NCBI GenBank assembly: GCA_963709585.1
Contig: CAVPXI010000015.1
Location: forward strand, 1-64,000
Direction of reading: 5' to 3'
Length of the DNA: 64,000 nucleotides
Source of the DNA: Candidatus Dormiibacterota bacterium
GTDB taxonomy: Bacteria; Chloroflexota; Dormibacteria; Aeolococcales; Aeolococcaceae
In this document: positions 50,837 through 62,226 of the stretch, in pieces
Position numbering within the stretch: the stretch's first letter is position 1
Layout: the number at the start of each line of letters is the position of its first letter
Made by a program: the position numbers and the translations under genes
The notes under the pieces: model-generated
What the model was told of the DNA's origin: nothing
The model's input: the letters and a program-made list of their open reading frames with translations, nothing else
Databases searched by the model: none

Positions 50837-51641
50837 TCAACCGGAGGGCGGTGTCGGCGGCGGGAGCGGCTGGTAGGCATTCGTCGGGATTATCGGCGTC
50901 GCGATGCCTGCCACGATGGCGCCCGAGCACTGGGTCAGCTGGACCAGCTGCTCCCCGGGGGCTCCGATCCGGTAGGTGATGGCGCGACAGGTGTATGAGG
51001 TCGCCTGCGCTCCGGGATACGACTGGGGGCCGTAGGTCACCCCGTCGGTGAAATGGCAGTGCGCATTGCTTTCCGCGACGACTCGATAGTGGTGCGTCGC
51101 GATCTCGTCGGGTCCGGTCTCACTCATGGTGAGCGTTCGCGGCATACAGACCTCCGCCGAGCTCACGAAGCACTGACCCGCCTCGGCCGAGCCTGGCGTG
51201 GTGGCCCCCCCGGGACCGACGCTCGCCGTGCCACACGACGGCACCGGTTCGAGCGCGGCCGTGATCGCCGATGCGCCGGTGGCCACACCGAGGGTCGCGA
51301 GGATGATGAGCAGATTGCGGGTAGCCCTGCGGAACGACCCTCGTCCCTTCGCCAGCACCAGCGCGCTGCAGACGAGCGTGTCCACGGCGAGCATGCCCGC
51401 GAGCGTGATACCCGCGGCCGCGAGGGCGGTGATAGCCCAGACGGTCGCTCCTGCGATCAGCGCCACGATCTCGGCCATCACGTACCAGCGATTGACGTAG
51501 CGATGCCCCGCGAACAATGCCACCGAGATGAAGTCCGGCGAGGAGCAGGACAGAGGCCACCAACGCGAAACTCAGCCCGGCCCAGAAGCAGAATGCCGCC
51601 CAGCAGAGCAGCAGGATGCCGAAGACGAGCGGCGGGTACAC
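50837..51641 (-). CDS. Membrane protein with Cys-rich extracellular domain; +1 frameshift at 51530-51535
   Basis: Removing one T from GACTTC joins the TM segment VYPPLVFGILLL...LLLAG to LISVALFAG. Confidence 0.6.
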
Positions 51642-51649
51642 CCGCGAGT

Positions 51650-52846
51650 CTATTGCGGCGGCGGGGCGGCGGCGAGCGTGACCTTGGCCTGATGCTCCCG
51701 GCCGGAGGTGTCGAGCCACACCACGATCACGGATTGGCCCGAATGATCGCCCTGGAGGATCACCGTGAGCGAGGACTTGGAGTCCACAGGCATCCCGCCC
51801 AGGGAGGTGATCACGTCGCCGGCGGCGAGCGCGGTCGTGGATGCGGGCGACCCGCTCGCGACACCGGTCGCGCACCCGTCCGAGCCCGCGATGAGGAGCG
51901 CCCCGGGGGGTGACGTGCTGTCCACGACGCAGACACCAAGCATCGCCGGCGCCGGTGGCGTCGACGGTTGCGCCAGGATCTGATGGGCGTAGTTGAGCGC
52001 GGTGTCGATCGGGATCGCGAACGCCTCGACCGCGCCCGATCCGAGGCCTCTGCGACTTCCGCTGGCCGCCGTGTCGATGCCGATGACCTTGCCGTCGCCG
52101 TTGACGAGCGGGCCGCCGGAGTTGCCAGGCTGGATCGGGGCGTTGGTCTGAATCATCCCGCTCAGGTTCTCCGCGTTCTGGCCGGTCTGATCGGACGCCG
52201 TGATCTGCTGTCCGAGCGCCGTCACCGTGCCCGGCGCCGCAACCGGCGCGACCCCGCGCCCCTGGGCATTGCCGAACGCGGTGACACTGTCCCCAACCTG
52301 CACGCTCGAGGAATCGCCGATCGGCGCTGTCGCGAGGCCGCTGGCCCCTTGGAGCTGGAGCACGGCGATGTCGTGAGTGGCGTCCTGGCCGATCAGGACG
52401 GCGGGAAACGTGGCGCCGGTCGAGGTGAGCCGGACGCTGATCGCCTGCCATCCTTCGACGACGTGGTTGTTGGTCAGCACGACCCCGGATGAGGTGAGCA
52501 CGATACCCGTTCCCGCCGCCGCCGCACCGTCGACAAGCGTCGTGTCGATGTCAACGACGGCTGCCTCGACGCCGGCGTTGTTCCCGGAGCCGCCGATGCC
52601 GCGGGTTGCGATGACCGCGGTCGCGGCTGCGCTCGCGGCAAAAACAAAGATGACCAGAAAAACGCCGAGCATGACGAGCCGTGACGTACGCCTCGGTGGC
52701 GGCGGAGGCTCGTAGACGTAGTACTGCTGCGGCCACCATCCGGGCGTCGGAGGCGGCGACGTCCATCCGGCGCCGCCCCACGGGTCGCTCGAATGTCCTC
52801 CCCCAGGCCACGCCGGCGCTCCGGCGGGGACCTCCTCCTCGCTCAT
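51650..52846 (-). CDS. HtrA/S1C serine protease with PDZ domain
   Basis: LTNNHVV, DIAVL, IQPGNSGGPL, GDVITS. Confidence 0.92.
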   Translation of the reverse strand: MSEEEVPAGAPAWPGGGHSSDPWGGAGWTSPPPTPGWWPQQYYVYEPPPPPRRTSRLVMLGVFLVIFVFAASAAATAVIATRGIGGSGNNAGVEAAVVDIDTTLVDGAAAAGTGIVLTSSGVVLTNNHVVEGWQAISVRLTSTGATFPAVLIGQDATHDIAVLQLQGASGLATAPIGDSSSVQVGDSVTAFGNAQGRGVAPVAAPGTVTALGQQITASDQTGQNAENLSGMIQTNAPIQPGNSGGPLVNGDGKVIGIDTAASGSRRGLGSGAVEAFAIPIDTALNYAHQILAQPSTPPAPAMLGVCVVDSTSPPGALLIAGSDGCATGVASGSPASTTALAAGDVITSLGGMPVDSKSSLTVILQGDHSGQSVIVVWLDTSGREHQAKVTLAAAPPPQ

Positions 52847-52966
52847 GCTGCCTTATTGTCGCCATTTCGGCCTGTCGAGTGCATGACGGGAGACTCCCCG
52901 CGCACCGCGCCGGCACGGCGCGTGCGCGGGGGTCCGTGGTCGAACCGGCAGCCCGGTCCGACGCGA

Positions 52967-53284
52967 CTACATGACGTTGAAGGTTTCCGCGACCTCGATG
53001 CTTGCGCCGCCACCGAGCACCGGGCATCCCTTGGCGAGCGCGACGGCCGCGTCGATGCCGTCCGCCTCGATGAGGCTGTAGCCCGTCGCCGGGTTTGCGC
53101 CACCTCCGTCCGAAACCGACCCGTCACTCGCGATTGTCTTCGTCTGCGACGTCGGGTTGCCGCCGTCGGCGAGCGCCGGTCCGAGGTTCTGGAACCACGT
53201 TCCCCAGGCGGCCATCACCTTCGCCTGAGCCTCCTCGCCCTCGGGCATGCCTCCGCCGTGGTAGACGAGCAGATATTTCGCCAT
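52967..53284 (-). CDS. YciI-family protein
   Basis: MAKYLLVY, GYSLIEA, AKGCP, IEVAE. Confidence 0.85.
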   Translation of the reverse strand: MAKYLLVYHGGGMPEGEEAQAKVMAAWGTWFQNLGPALADGGNPTSQTKTIASDGSVSDGGGANPATGYSLIEADGIDAAVALAKGCPVLGGGASIEVAETFNVM

Positions 53285-53304
53285 GTCGTGCCTCCTTGTC
53301 CTGG

Positions 53305-54557
53305 TCAGCTGTTGTTCGCGCCGATGGCGCGGATGACGGTGGGTTCGAGGCGCGTCTCGAGCAGCGCGCGCTCCGACGGGTTGTCGGTCAGCTCGATGGC
53401 GCGCCGATCCGCATCGGCCGCCTCGTCGAGCCTGCCGAAGCGGCGAAGCAACTCCGCACGCGTCGCCCAGTACAGGTGGTAGCCGTCCAGGTCGGCGCGC
53501 AACGCGTCGAGCTCCTCCATCGCGGGGACCGGCCCGGCCACGTGCTCGAGGGCGATCGCGCGATTCAGGCGCACCACCGGCCCCGGATTGAGCCGCACGA
53601 GTGCGCCATACAGCGCGAGGATCTGCGGCCAGTCGGTTTCCTCGAATGTGGGTGCCTCCGCATGGCAGGCGGCGATGGCGGCCTGCAGCCAGTAGGACCC
53701 GGGCCGGCCGTAGACGCCGGGCCCGCTCGAGCAGCGCGCCGGCCTCGGCGATCGCGGTGTGATCCCAGCGGGTGCGGTCCTGGTCGCGCAGCAGGACGAG
53801 TGCGCCGCGATCGTCGAAACGCGTCGCCCGGCGCGAACTCGTGGAGGCGCATCAGAGCGAGCAGGGCGAGCACCTCGGGCTCCTCCGGCAGCATTCGGGC
53901 GACCAGCCCGCAGAGCCAGAGGGCATCGACGCAGAGGTCGCGGCTCGTCGAGACGTCGGGGCCGCTGCCGAGGTAGCCCTCGTTGAAGACGATGTACAGC
54001 GAGGCGAGCACCTCGGCGAGCCGATCAGGCAGCTCGTCCGCGCCAGGCACCCGGTACGGGATGTGCGCGCCGACGATCTTGCGCTTGGCACGCACGATGC
54101 GCTGCGCCATGGTCGCTTCGGATACCAGAAACGCATGCGCGATCTGGCCCGTGGTCATGCCCATGACCGCGCGGAGCGTCAGCGCCACCTGGGCGTCGCG
54201 GGCCAGGGCGGGATGGCAGCAGGTGAAGATGAGCCGGAGGCGATCGTCGGGATCGGAGCGCACGTCCGGCGCCCAGCCGTCGGTCAGCAACTGGAGCTTG
54301 GCGCGGTAGGTCGAATCGCGGCGCAGGCGATCGATCGCGCGTCGCCGCGCGGTCTGGAGGAGCCAGGCGGCGGGGCGCTCGGGGACCCCGTCCACCGGCC
54401 ATCGCTGCAGGGCCACGACCACCGCGTCCTGGACGAGGTCCTCGGCGAGGTCGAAGTCACCGGTGATCCGCACCAGCGATCCGCAGATGAGGCCGACCTC
54501 GGCACGGAAGACGGCATTCATCGCCTCGCTGGTCGGGTCGTTCGCCATGGTGCCCAC
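53305..54557 (-). CDS. ECF42-type sigma factor with C-terminal TPR/DUF6596 extension; two +1 frameshifts (53835-53840 and ~53720)
   Basis: AEDLVQD, DDRLRLIFTCCHPAL, AQRIVRAK, FNEGY; corrected frame gives LRDQDRTRW, YWLQAAIA, VVRLNRAIA. Confidence 0.85.
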
Positions 54558-54570
54558 GAGGCCGGGTGGG

Positions 54571-54936
54571 TCAGCCGACCGGGTGGTGAGGCATTTGGTC
54601 GTGGCTCACGACGGGGCGGATCTCGACGGCCTGGTCCTTTGGCGGCCACTGCTTTGCTATGGCGATCGCCTCGTCCAGGTCGGCGACGTCGATGGTCACG
54701 AAGCCCGCGACGTTCTCCTTGCTCTCCATGAACGGCCCGTCGGTGACGAGCGGCCGGCCTTCCTCGAAGCGAATCGTGGTCGCCGTGTTCGAGGGCTGCA
54801 ACTCCTCACCACCGCGAAGCTTCCCATCGCGGCCGATCGTGGCAAACCACTCGTCGATCGCCGCGTAGTGCGCGCTTTGAGCCGCGTCGTCGAGAATCGA
54901 TTCCTCGTTCCTGATGAACAGCAGCATGTATTTCAC
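54571..54936 (-). CDS. YciI/DGPF-family protein
   Basis: TDGPFMESKE, VEIRP. Confidence 0.9.
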   Translation of the reverse strand: MKYMLLFIRNEESILDDAAQSAHYAAIDEWFATIGRDGKLRGGEELQPSNTATTIRFEEGRPLVTDGPFMESKENVAGFVTIDVADLDEAIAIAKQWPPKDQAVEIRPVVSHDQMPHHPVG

Positions 54937-54980
54937 TGAGTGAGCTCCTTGGCGTCCGGATGAGTCATCCCAATCATGAC

Positions 54981-55007
54981 GACGAACGGGAACGGCCCAA
55001 ATCGACA
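54981..55007 (-). promoter_or_regulatory. ECF42-type promoter
   Basis: TGTCGA-n17-CGTC upstream of the DGPF gene. Confidence 0.65.
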
Positions 55008-55057
55008 GGTCGATTCCGGCGAACCGGCCATCCTCGCGCCTGTCAGGCTATCTCGCC

Positions 55058-55887
55058 GTGGCTGACTGGAGCGTCACGGGGCGGGCTCGCCTCGGCAGCG
55101 GGGATCGATCGAGCGTCGATCACCTTCGCCGGGCGTGCGAGGCAGCCGACCGTCTCGACCTGAAGGTCGAGCTCGACGAAGCCGACGACCTCGAGCGCCC
55201 GATTCACTTTCTCGCCGAGACCGGGGATGATGTGATCGGATACGCCGGCCTCACATCGGGCGACGAGTTCGAAGTCTGCGGGATGGTCCACCCATCGTGG
55301 CGACGTCGCGGGGTGGGCAGCGCGCTGCTCGCTGGGGTGCGCGACGCCGCGACCAGCCTCGGGCGGGACAGCATCCTCGTCATCTGCGAGGATGCGGGGC
55401 CTCAGGCGCTCGCCTGGATGCGCCGCATCGGCGCGACCCTCGAGTCAGCGGAGCGGCGCATGGTCGTCCGGCTCTCGACGCCGGCCGTCCGGTCACCTCT
55501 GATCCAGTGCTGGAGGTACGCCCAGCATCCGACGCCGATCACGACGCGGTCGTCGCTGTGCTGGGTGAGGAGTTCAGCGATCGCCCGCCCGACCGGCGGC
55601 TCGTCGGAGTTGAAGGCGCCACCGTGGTCGGAACCCTTCGCCTGATCGACGCTTCGCACCGCACGATGGTCTATGGGTTCGTGATCGACGAGCGCCGCAG
55701 GGGCCAACGGCTCGGGTCGCGCATGCTCGAAGCGGTGATGGCGCAGCTCCGAGCCGAAGGGGTCGGTGACGTGGGTCTCGAGGTTGATCCGAGCAACACC
55801 CCCGCGATCCGGCTCTACGAGCGGTTCGGCTTCGAGACCGTCACCACCTATCGGTACATGCGCCTGTCACTGCTCACGGAGCGGTGA
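55058..55887 (+). CDS. Tandem GNAT acetyltransferase, frameshift in the linker at ~55475-55495
   Basis: VHPSWRRRGVG in one frame; RRGQRLG...NTPAIRLYERFGF in another. Confidence 0.75.
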
Positions 55888-56820
55888 CGAGGGCGCCGGC
55901 CGACCGATGTTGAGGACGACCTTGCCGGTGACCTTGCGCGCCAGCAGATCTCGAGCAAGCTCCCCACCTCGGGTCCAGTCTGCCTCCACGTCGATGTGCG
56001 GCTTGAGCAGACCCGCTGCGGTCAGCGCGAACAGTGAGCGGAGATCCGACGTCGCACTCTGCGTGTGCCGGAGCTCGACGAAGATCAACATCGAGCGCAC
56101 CGTCGCGCCGACGTGAGCGCCGAACCAGCGCGGGCCGAGCGCGGCGGGCTCCATGAGTGTCGATGCGTAGGAGACAACCGTGCCGCCCGGCGCGACGGCA
56201 TCGAGACATTGGGTGAGGACCTCGCCGCCGACTCCGTCAAGGATGTGGTCGTACGGCCCGCGCGCGTCCCGGATGTCGCGAACCACGTGGTAGCAGGCTG
56301 CCGCGGCGGCGACGTTCATCTCGGGGTTGCGGATCAAACCCGTCACGGTCATCTGCGCGGCCCGCGCCAGTTGGACGGCCAGGTGCCCCACGCCGCCGGA
56401 AGCACCGGTGATCAGCACGCTCTTGCCCACCGGGAATCCGCCGAGGGCAAGCGCCCGGAATGCGGTCATCCCGGCGAGCGGCATGCAGGCGGCTTGCGCA
56501 GGCGTCACGCCCTCTGGCACGGCCGTGAGGTAATCCACCGGGACCGCGACCAGCTCTGCCCAGGCTCTGTTGTCGACAAGGCCGGCCACTCTGGTCCCGG
56601 CCGGCGGACCGACCCCGCCTTGCGCGGCGCACTCGACGATGCCGCAGACATCCCAGCCGACCTGCTGACCCGCCGGTGAGCTCTTCGCGCGCGACACCTC
56701 GCCGCGGTTCAGGCTCGTCGTCTCCACGCGCACGAGCACCTCGGTAGCTCCGGGCGCGGGGTCGGGCAATTCGGTGACGCGCAGCAGGTCATCGTCGCCG
56801 GTCGTGGTGAGGGCAAGCAT
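55867..56820 (-). CDS. MDR-family NADPH:quinone oxidoreductase-like protein
   Basis: SLNRGE, GWD, ITGASGGVG, GKVVL. Confidence 0.88.
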   Translation of the reverse strand: MLALTTTGDDDLLRVTELPDPAPGATEVLVRVETTSLNRGEVSRAKSSPAGQQVGWDVCGIVECAAQGGVGPPAGTRVAGLVDNRAWAELVAVPVDYLTAVPEGVTPAQAACMPLAGMTAFRALALGGFPVGKSVLITGASGGVGHLAVQLARAAQMTVTGLIRNPEMNVAAAAACYHVVRDIRDARGPYDHILDGVGGEVLTQCLDAVAPGGTVVSYASTLMEPAALGPRWFGAHVGATVRSMLIFVELRHTQSATSDLRSLFALTAAGLLKPHIDVEADWTRGGELARDLLARKVTGKVVLNIGRPAPSSPLREQ

Positions 56821-56914
56821 CTCGGGAATCTCCAGGTCTTGTCGAACCGTGGAAAGATTAGGCTGCGATGGTGCGCCTGCAGGCGCGAATATCGCAGGAG
56901 TGACAGCGCCAGGC

Positions 56915-57970
56915 ATGCTCGAGATCACGGCTGCGGCGAGGGCACTTCATGGGCGGTCGATCGTCGTCGACACCCACAACGACCTGCTCATGCTCTGCGC
57001 GCGCCGGAAACCCTCCGAGCAGGGCTCCTACTTCCGGAGCGCCTGGCTACCACAGCTGCGCGCCGGTGGCGTGAACATTCAGGTGCTGCCGGTCTTCATC
57101 GACGACGACTTCCGCCCCGAGGCCGCGTTGCGACAGACGATGCGGATGCTCGAAGCCGGTTGGCGCATCGCGGCCGAGAACCCCGATGCGGTGCGGATCT
57201 GCCTCACAGGCCCGGACGTCGACGCCGCCCTTGCTGACGGATTGATCGCCCTCATCCTGGCGCTGGAGGGGTGCGAGGCCGTCGGCGCCGACGTTGCCCT
57301 CTTCGGACCGCTCCATCTGCTCGGGGTTCGGATCGCCTCGTTCACCCATTTCGGCCGGACCATGCTGGCCGACGGATCCGCCGAGGACGCAACCGGCAGC
57401 CGGCTCACCCGAGCCGGTATCGAAGCGCTTGCGACCTGCGAGAGCGTCGGCATCATGCTGGACGTCTCGCACCTCGGCGCAACCTGCACCGATCACCTGC
57501 TCGAGCTCGCAACCCGCCCGGTCATCGCGTCGCACTCCTCGGCGTTCGCGCTCCGCCGGCACCATCGCAATCTGACCGATGAGCGCCTGCGCGGGATCGC
57601 GGCGACGGGCGGTGTTGTCGGCGTCAACGTGCTCGGGACCTTCATCGATGAGGACGCGCCGAGCGTCGCACGCGTCGTCGATCACGTCGAGCATGTCGCG
57701 TCGATCGTCGGTGCCGGGCATGTCGGGCTGGGGCCGGACTTTTTCAAGGAGATATCCGACGAGATCCACGGGCCAGAGGCGCAGTCCATGGACGGGGCCG
57801 GGGCGATGATCACCTACGTCCCCGGCCTCGAGGGGCCGGCCGGACTGCCGCTGATCACGGATGAGCTTCTGCGTCGTGGTTGGTCCGAGGATGACATCCG
57901 CCAGGTGCTGGGTGGCGGGTTTCACGAACTGTTCAGGCGCGAACTTGGAGTCCGCGCTCCACTGCGATAG
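56915..57970 (+). CDS. Membrane dipeptidase (M19)
   Basis: DTHND, LEG, DVSH, ASHS, RNLTD, GLGPDF. Confidence 0.9.
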   Translation: MLEITAAARALHGRSIVVDTHNDLLMLCARRKPSEQGSYFRSAWLPQLRAGGVNIQVLPVFIDDDFRPEAALRQTMRMLEAGWRIAAENPDAVRICLTGPDVDAALADGLIALILALEGCEAVGADVALFGPLHLLGVRIASFTHFGRTMLADGSAEDATGSRLTRAGIEALATCESVGIMLDVSHLGATCTDHLLELATRPVIASHSSAFALRRHHRNLTDERLRGIAATGGVVGVNVLGTFIDEDAPSVARVVDHVEHVASIVGAGHVGLGPDFFKEISDEIHGPEAQSMDGAGAMITYVPGLEGPAGLPLITDELLRRGWSEDDIRQVLGGGFHELFRRELGVRAPLR

Positions 57971-57988
57971 GCCGAGATATCCGGCGTC

Positions 57989-58690
57989 TTACAGCGCGCA
58001 ACTCTCGTCGGTGCACGTGGTATCGACGTCGCGAGCGCCGACCATCTGCAGGGGGTGAGCAGCGGTCCACGCCTGTTGCAGGGCGCCGAGGATCAAATCC
58101 GACGGCTGTGCGCCGGAGACACCGTAGGCGCGATCGAGCACGAAGAAGGGGACGCCGGTGATTCCCAATTGGCGCGCCTCCAGTTCGTCATGACGAACGT
58201 CGTCGGCGTATGCGTCGCCGTCGAGCACCGCGCGAGTGCCGGATGCGTCCAGCCCGACCTCGACCGCGAGCCGCGCCAGGACGTCGGGCTCGCCGATCGC
58301 TGCTCCCTCGACGAAGTAGGCCGCCATCAGACGTTCTTTGAGCGCGTCCTGCTTTCCGGCCGAGTGCGCGTAGTGGATCAGGCGGTGGGCGTCGAACGTG
58401 TTGCCGGACCGGGCCCGGTCGAGGTGGAAGTCCAGCCCCTCGGTCGCCGCGTTGGCCGTGACCCGGGCCTGCGCGGCCTCCGCGGTGGCGCGGCTCATGC
58501 CGTATTTGGCGGCAAGGCGCTCCACGGGATCACCCTCCGACGTGGGCGGCGCGCTCGGATCGAGCTGGAAGCTACGCCAGGTGACCGTGACCTCCTCGCG
58601 ATGATCGAAGGCGGCCAGAGCGTGCTCGAAACGGCGCTTGCCGATGTAGCACCAGGGACAAACGACGTCGGACCAGATCTCAACATCCAT
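57989..58690 (-). CDS. DsbA/FrnE-family oxidoreductase
   Basis: WSDVVCPWCYIG, GVPFF, GAQP. Confidence 0.92.
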   Translation of the reverse strand: MDVEIWSDVVCPWCYIGKRRFEHALAAFDHREEVTVTWRSFQLDPSAPPTSEGDPVERLAAKYGMSRATAEAAQARVTANAATEGLDFHLDRARSGNTFDAHRLIHYAHSAGKQDALKERLMAAYFVEGAAIGEPDVLARLAVEVGLDASGTRAVLDGDAYADDVRHDELEARQLGITGVPFFVLDRAYGVSGAQPSDLILGALQQAWTAAHPLQMVGARDVDTTCTDESCAL

Positions 58691-58820
58691 GGTTCGGTTG
58701 TACCCGATCTCCCGCCGATTACGCGTCCGGTGCGCGGATTCGGAATACCCGGCGGCGGGTACAACAAGCGCCAGAAACCCACGAGCCGATCGTTCCGACG
58801 GCCGGCCATAGAGACTGAAC

Positions 58821-61152
58821 ATGCCAGAACTGACCTCCGAACTCCTTCCCATCCTGCAGCTCGACGACGTCGTCGTCCTGCCCGGCATGACCGCCACACT
58901 GGCGGTCGAGAGTGACCAGCAGCGGGCCGCCATGACGGCCGCGCAGAACGGCAACCGCCTGATCCTGCTGGTCCCGCATGTCGGCGGCCGGTTCTCCGCG
59001 ATCGGCACCGTCGCCCAGGTCGTCGAGTTCGGGTCAGCTGCCCTCAGGGGCAGAGGTCTCGATCCTCAAGGGGCTGCACCGCGCCCGCCTCGGTGGCGGC
59101 CAGTCCGACATCGGTGGGGCGCTCTGGGTCCAGGTCGAGCCACTCCCCGACGGCGACCCCAGCGACGCAGCGCGCGAGCTGGCGCGTGAATATCGCGCCC
59201 TCATCGAGAACCTCCTCGAGCTGCGTGGCGCCGGCCGCGCCATCGAGGCGGTCCGCTCCGTTCGGCATCCGGGCCACCTCGCCGATCTGGCCGGATACTC
59301 GCCCGACTTCAGCATCGAGCAGAAGGTCGAGGTGCTCGAGACGCTCGACATCGAGCAGCAACTCTCCCGGCTCATCGCCTGGACCAAGGACGTGCTCGCT
59401 GACGCGTCGGTGCGCGAGAAGGTTCGCACCGAGGTCAACGAAGGGATGGAGAAGACGCAGCGAGACTTCCTGCTGCGCCAGCAGCTCGAGGCGATCAAGA
59501 AGCAACTCGGCGAAGGCGGCGACGACGTCGCGGCCGGTTACCGGGCTCGCCTCGAGAGCGCCGGCATGCCCGAGAACGTCCGCGCCGAGGTCGAGCGCGA
59601 GCTGGACCGTTTCGAGCGGACCAGCGAGCAGAGCCCGGAGCACGGCTGGATCAGGACGTACCTCGATTGGATGTTCGAGATCCCGTGGAACGTCCGCTCG
59701 GAGGACAACCTCGATCTCGGCGAGGCGCGACGCATCCTCGATGAGGACCACACCGGCCTCGAGGACGTCAAGCAACGCATCATCGAGTTCCTGGCCGTCC
59801 GCAAGCTCCGCAGCGAGCGCGGCATCACCGTGCTCGGCGGCGGATCGGGAGCGATCATCACGCTGGTCGGACCTCCGGGCGTCGGCAAGACGTCGCTCGG
59901 CGAGTTGGTTGCCCGGGCGCTGGGCCGGAAGTTCGCGCGCATCTCTCTCGGTGGGATCCACGACGAGGCCGACATCCGCGGGCACCGGCGCACGTACGTC
60001 GGCGCGCTCCCCGGGCGAATCGTGCGCGCCCTCAAGGAGGCCGGTACCAAGAACCCGGTGATCATGCTCGACGAGATCGACAAGGTCGGTAGCGACTGGC
60101 GTGGCGACCCCTCCTCGGCGTTGCTCGAGGTGCTCGATCCCGCGCAGAACAACACCTTCCGCGACCACTACCTCGAGGTCGACCTCGACCTCTCCGAAGT
60201 GCTCTTCATCCCGACAGCAAACGTCTGGGAGACGATCCCCGCGCCGCTGCTCGACCGCATGGAGCTGATCCGTCTCGATGGATACACCGAGAACGAGAAG
60301 GTCGCGATCGCGCGCGATCACCTCCTCCGGCGGCAGGTCGAACATGCGGGGCTCCGGCCCGAGGAGATCAGCGTCACAGACGCTGCCATCCTCGCGGTCA
60401 TCACCGACCACACGCGCGAGGCGGGTGTCCGTAACCTCGAGCGAGAGCTCGGCAAGATGACCCGCAAGGTCGCGACGCGTATCGCCGGAGGAGACCTGGT
60501 CGCTCCGTTCGAGATCACACCGGAGCAGGTGCGAGAGCTCCTGGGCAAGCCCAAGTTCGACAACGAGGTGGCCGAGCGCACCGCCGTCCCAGGCGTTGCA
60601 ACCGGCCTCGCGGTCACCGGCACCGGCGGTGATGTCCTCTTCATCGAAGCCGCCAATGCCCCCGGTGACGGGAAGCTCACGCTGACTGGCCAGCTTGGCG
60701 ACGTGATGAAGGAGTTGGCGCAGATTGCGTTGTCGTACGTCCGCGCCCATGCCGTGGCGCTGGGGATCGACCCCGAGGCCGCACGGCAGAGCTTCCACAT
60801 CCATGTCCCGGCCGGCGCCGTGCCCAAGGATGGGCCGTCGGCGGGCGTCGCGATGACGACGGCGATGGTGAGCCTGCTGACTGGACGGCCGATGCGCAGC
60901 AGTGTGGCGATGACCGGTGAGGTGACACTCCAGGGACTCGTGCTCCCGATCGGAGGCGTCAAGCAGAAGGTGCTCGCCGCCCATCGGATGGGTCTGCGCG
61001 AGGTGATCCTCCCGCGGCGCAACGAGAAGGACATCGAAGACGTGCCCGAGAGCGTGCGCGAGGTGATGACGTTCCACCTGGCGAGCCGCGTCGAGGAGGC
61101 CATTGACGTGGCGCTCGAACCGGCCGAGACCAAGGTGTTCGCTGCCGCGTAA
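58821..61152 (+). CDS. lon: Lon protease with +1 frameshift at 59025-59030
   Basis: [35 protein letters not shown]; the N-domain joins if one T is removed. Confidence 0.93.
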
Positions 61153-61206
61153 GTGCCGCAACACGCGGTGCGCTGTACCCGCGCAGCGCACCGGCTGCGC
61201 ACACCG

Positions 61207-62226
61207 CTACCGCGGTGAGGATGGCGCTGGAACCTCCGACTGAAACGCGAAGAGCAGCAGCAGCGCTGGAATCAGCAGGGCCGAACCGATCGCCAAAGCC
61301 ACGACGAGCGGAAGCAGCGTCTGCTCCGGGGCGGCGGCGCCGCTCACCGTGATCACCCCGGCGAGAACGTCGGGATATTGCGCCGCTCCCCATGCCCAGA
61401 GCACGGCCACCACGGCGAGTGCAGCGGTGACACGCACGGCGACATAGCGCCGCTGCAGAAGTAGGGCGAGCGACAATACGCCGAACACGATGCTGGCCAC
61501 GACAAGTGCAAGGCCACGCTGGGTCAGGCCGTTGAAGAGACGGGGTGCGTCTGCATGCAGAATGGCGATACCCACCATCGCGGTCACTCCCGTCACCACG
61601 CCCATGACCATGGCGCGAAGTCGGAACTGCAGCGCAAGTGTCTGCTCGTTGTGTCGCTGGCAATCCCGCGTCAAGTAGACCGCCGCGAGGTAGGCGGAGA
61701 CCTCCACCGCCAGCACACCGCCCAGAATCGATGTCGGATTCAACCAGCTGGTGATTACGTCGCCTCGAGCGATTCCCAGTGGGACGCGCCCGGACGCGAT
61801 CGCGCCGGCAATCGTTCCCAGAAAGAACGGCGTCACCACCGACGATATGGCGAAGGCGGCGCCGAATGCTCGCCGCAGCTGAAGTTCCGACACGGCGCCA
61901 CGAAATGCGAACGCTGAGCCTCTGAGGATCACGCCGAACGCGGTCGCGATGAGTGGGATGTACAGCGTCGACGCGATCGCGGCGAAGACCGTGGGGAACC
62001 CGGTCCAGGTCACGACCAGCGCGAAGATCAACCAGACGTGGTTGGCCTCCCAGACCGGCCCGATCGACTCCGCGATGCGATTGCGCTGCGCGGCGCCGGC
62101 CGTCGCCGACCCCGCGAGAAGGTCCCAGAATCCAGCGCCGAAGTCGGCGCCGGCGAGGAGCACGTACGCGGTGATGCCGCCCCAGAGAAAGACGAGTACG
62201 ACGTTGGCGAGCAGGCTGCCGCTCAC
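61207..62226 (-). CDS. cydB: Cytochrome bd oxidase subunit II
   Basis: GADFGAG, IGPVWEANHVWL. Confidence 0.92.
   Translation of the reverse strand: MSGSLLANVVLVFLWGGITAYVLLAGADFGAGFWDLLAGSATAGAAQRNRIAESIGPVWEANHVWLIFALVVTWTGFPTVFAAIASTLYIPLIATAFGVILRGSAFAFRGAVSELQLRRAFGAAFAISSVVTPFFLGTIAGAIASGRVPLGIARGDVITSWLNPTSILGGVLAVEVSAYLAAVYLTRDCQRHNEQTLALQFRLRAMVMGVVTGVTAMVGIAILHADAPRLFNGLTQRGLALVVASIVFGVLSLALLLQRRYVAVRVTAALAVVAVLWAWGAAQYPDVLAGVITVSGAAAPEQTLLPLVVALAIGSALLIPALLLLFAFQSEVPAPSSPR

Noticed and set aside
58821-59060. Programmed frameshifting or true pseudogenisation of lon and the regulators
   Set aside because: No slippery sequence; the same one-base change at GASTC recurs in unrelated genes, so a sequencing artefact is more parsimonious
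59044-61191. 715-aa minus-strand ORF, and similar long antisense ORFs (e.g. 3523-4836, 8649-9794, 46151-47188)
   Set aside because: Shadow ORFs of high-GC genes; the opposite strand carries the recognisable motifs
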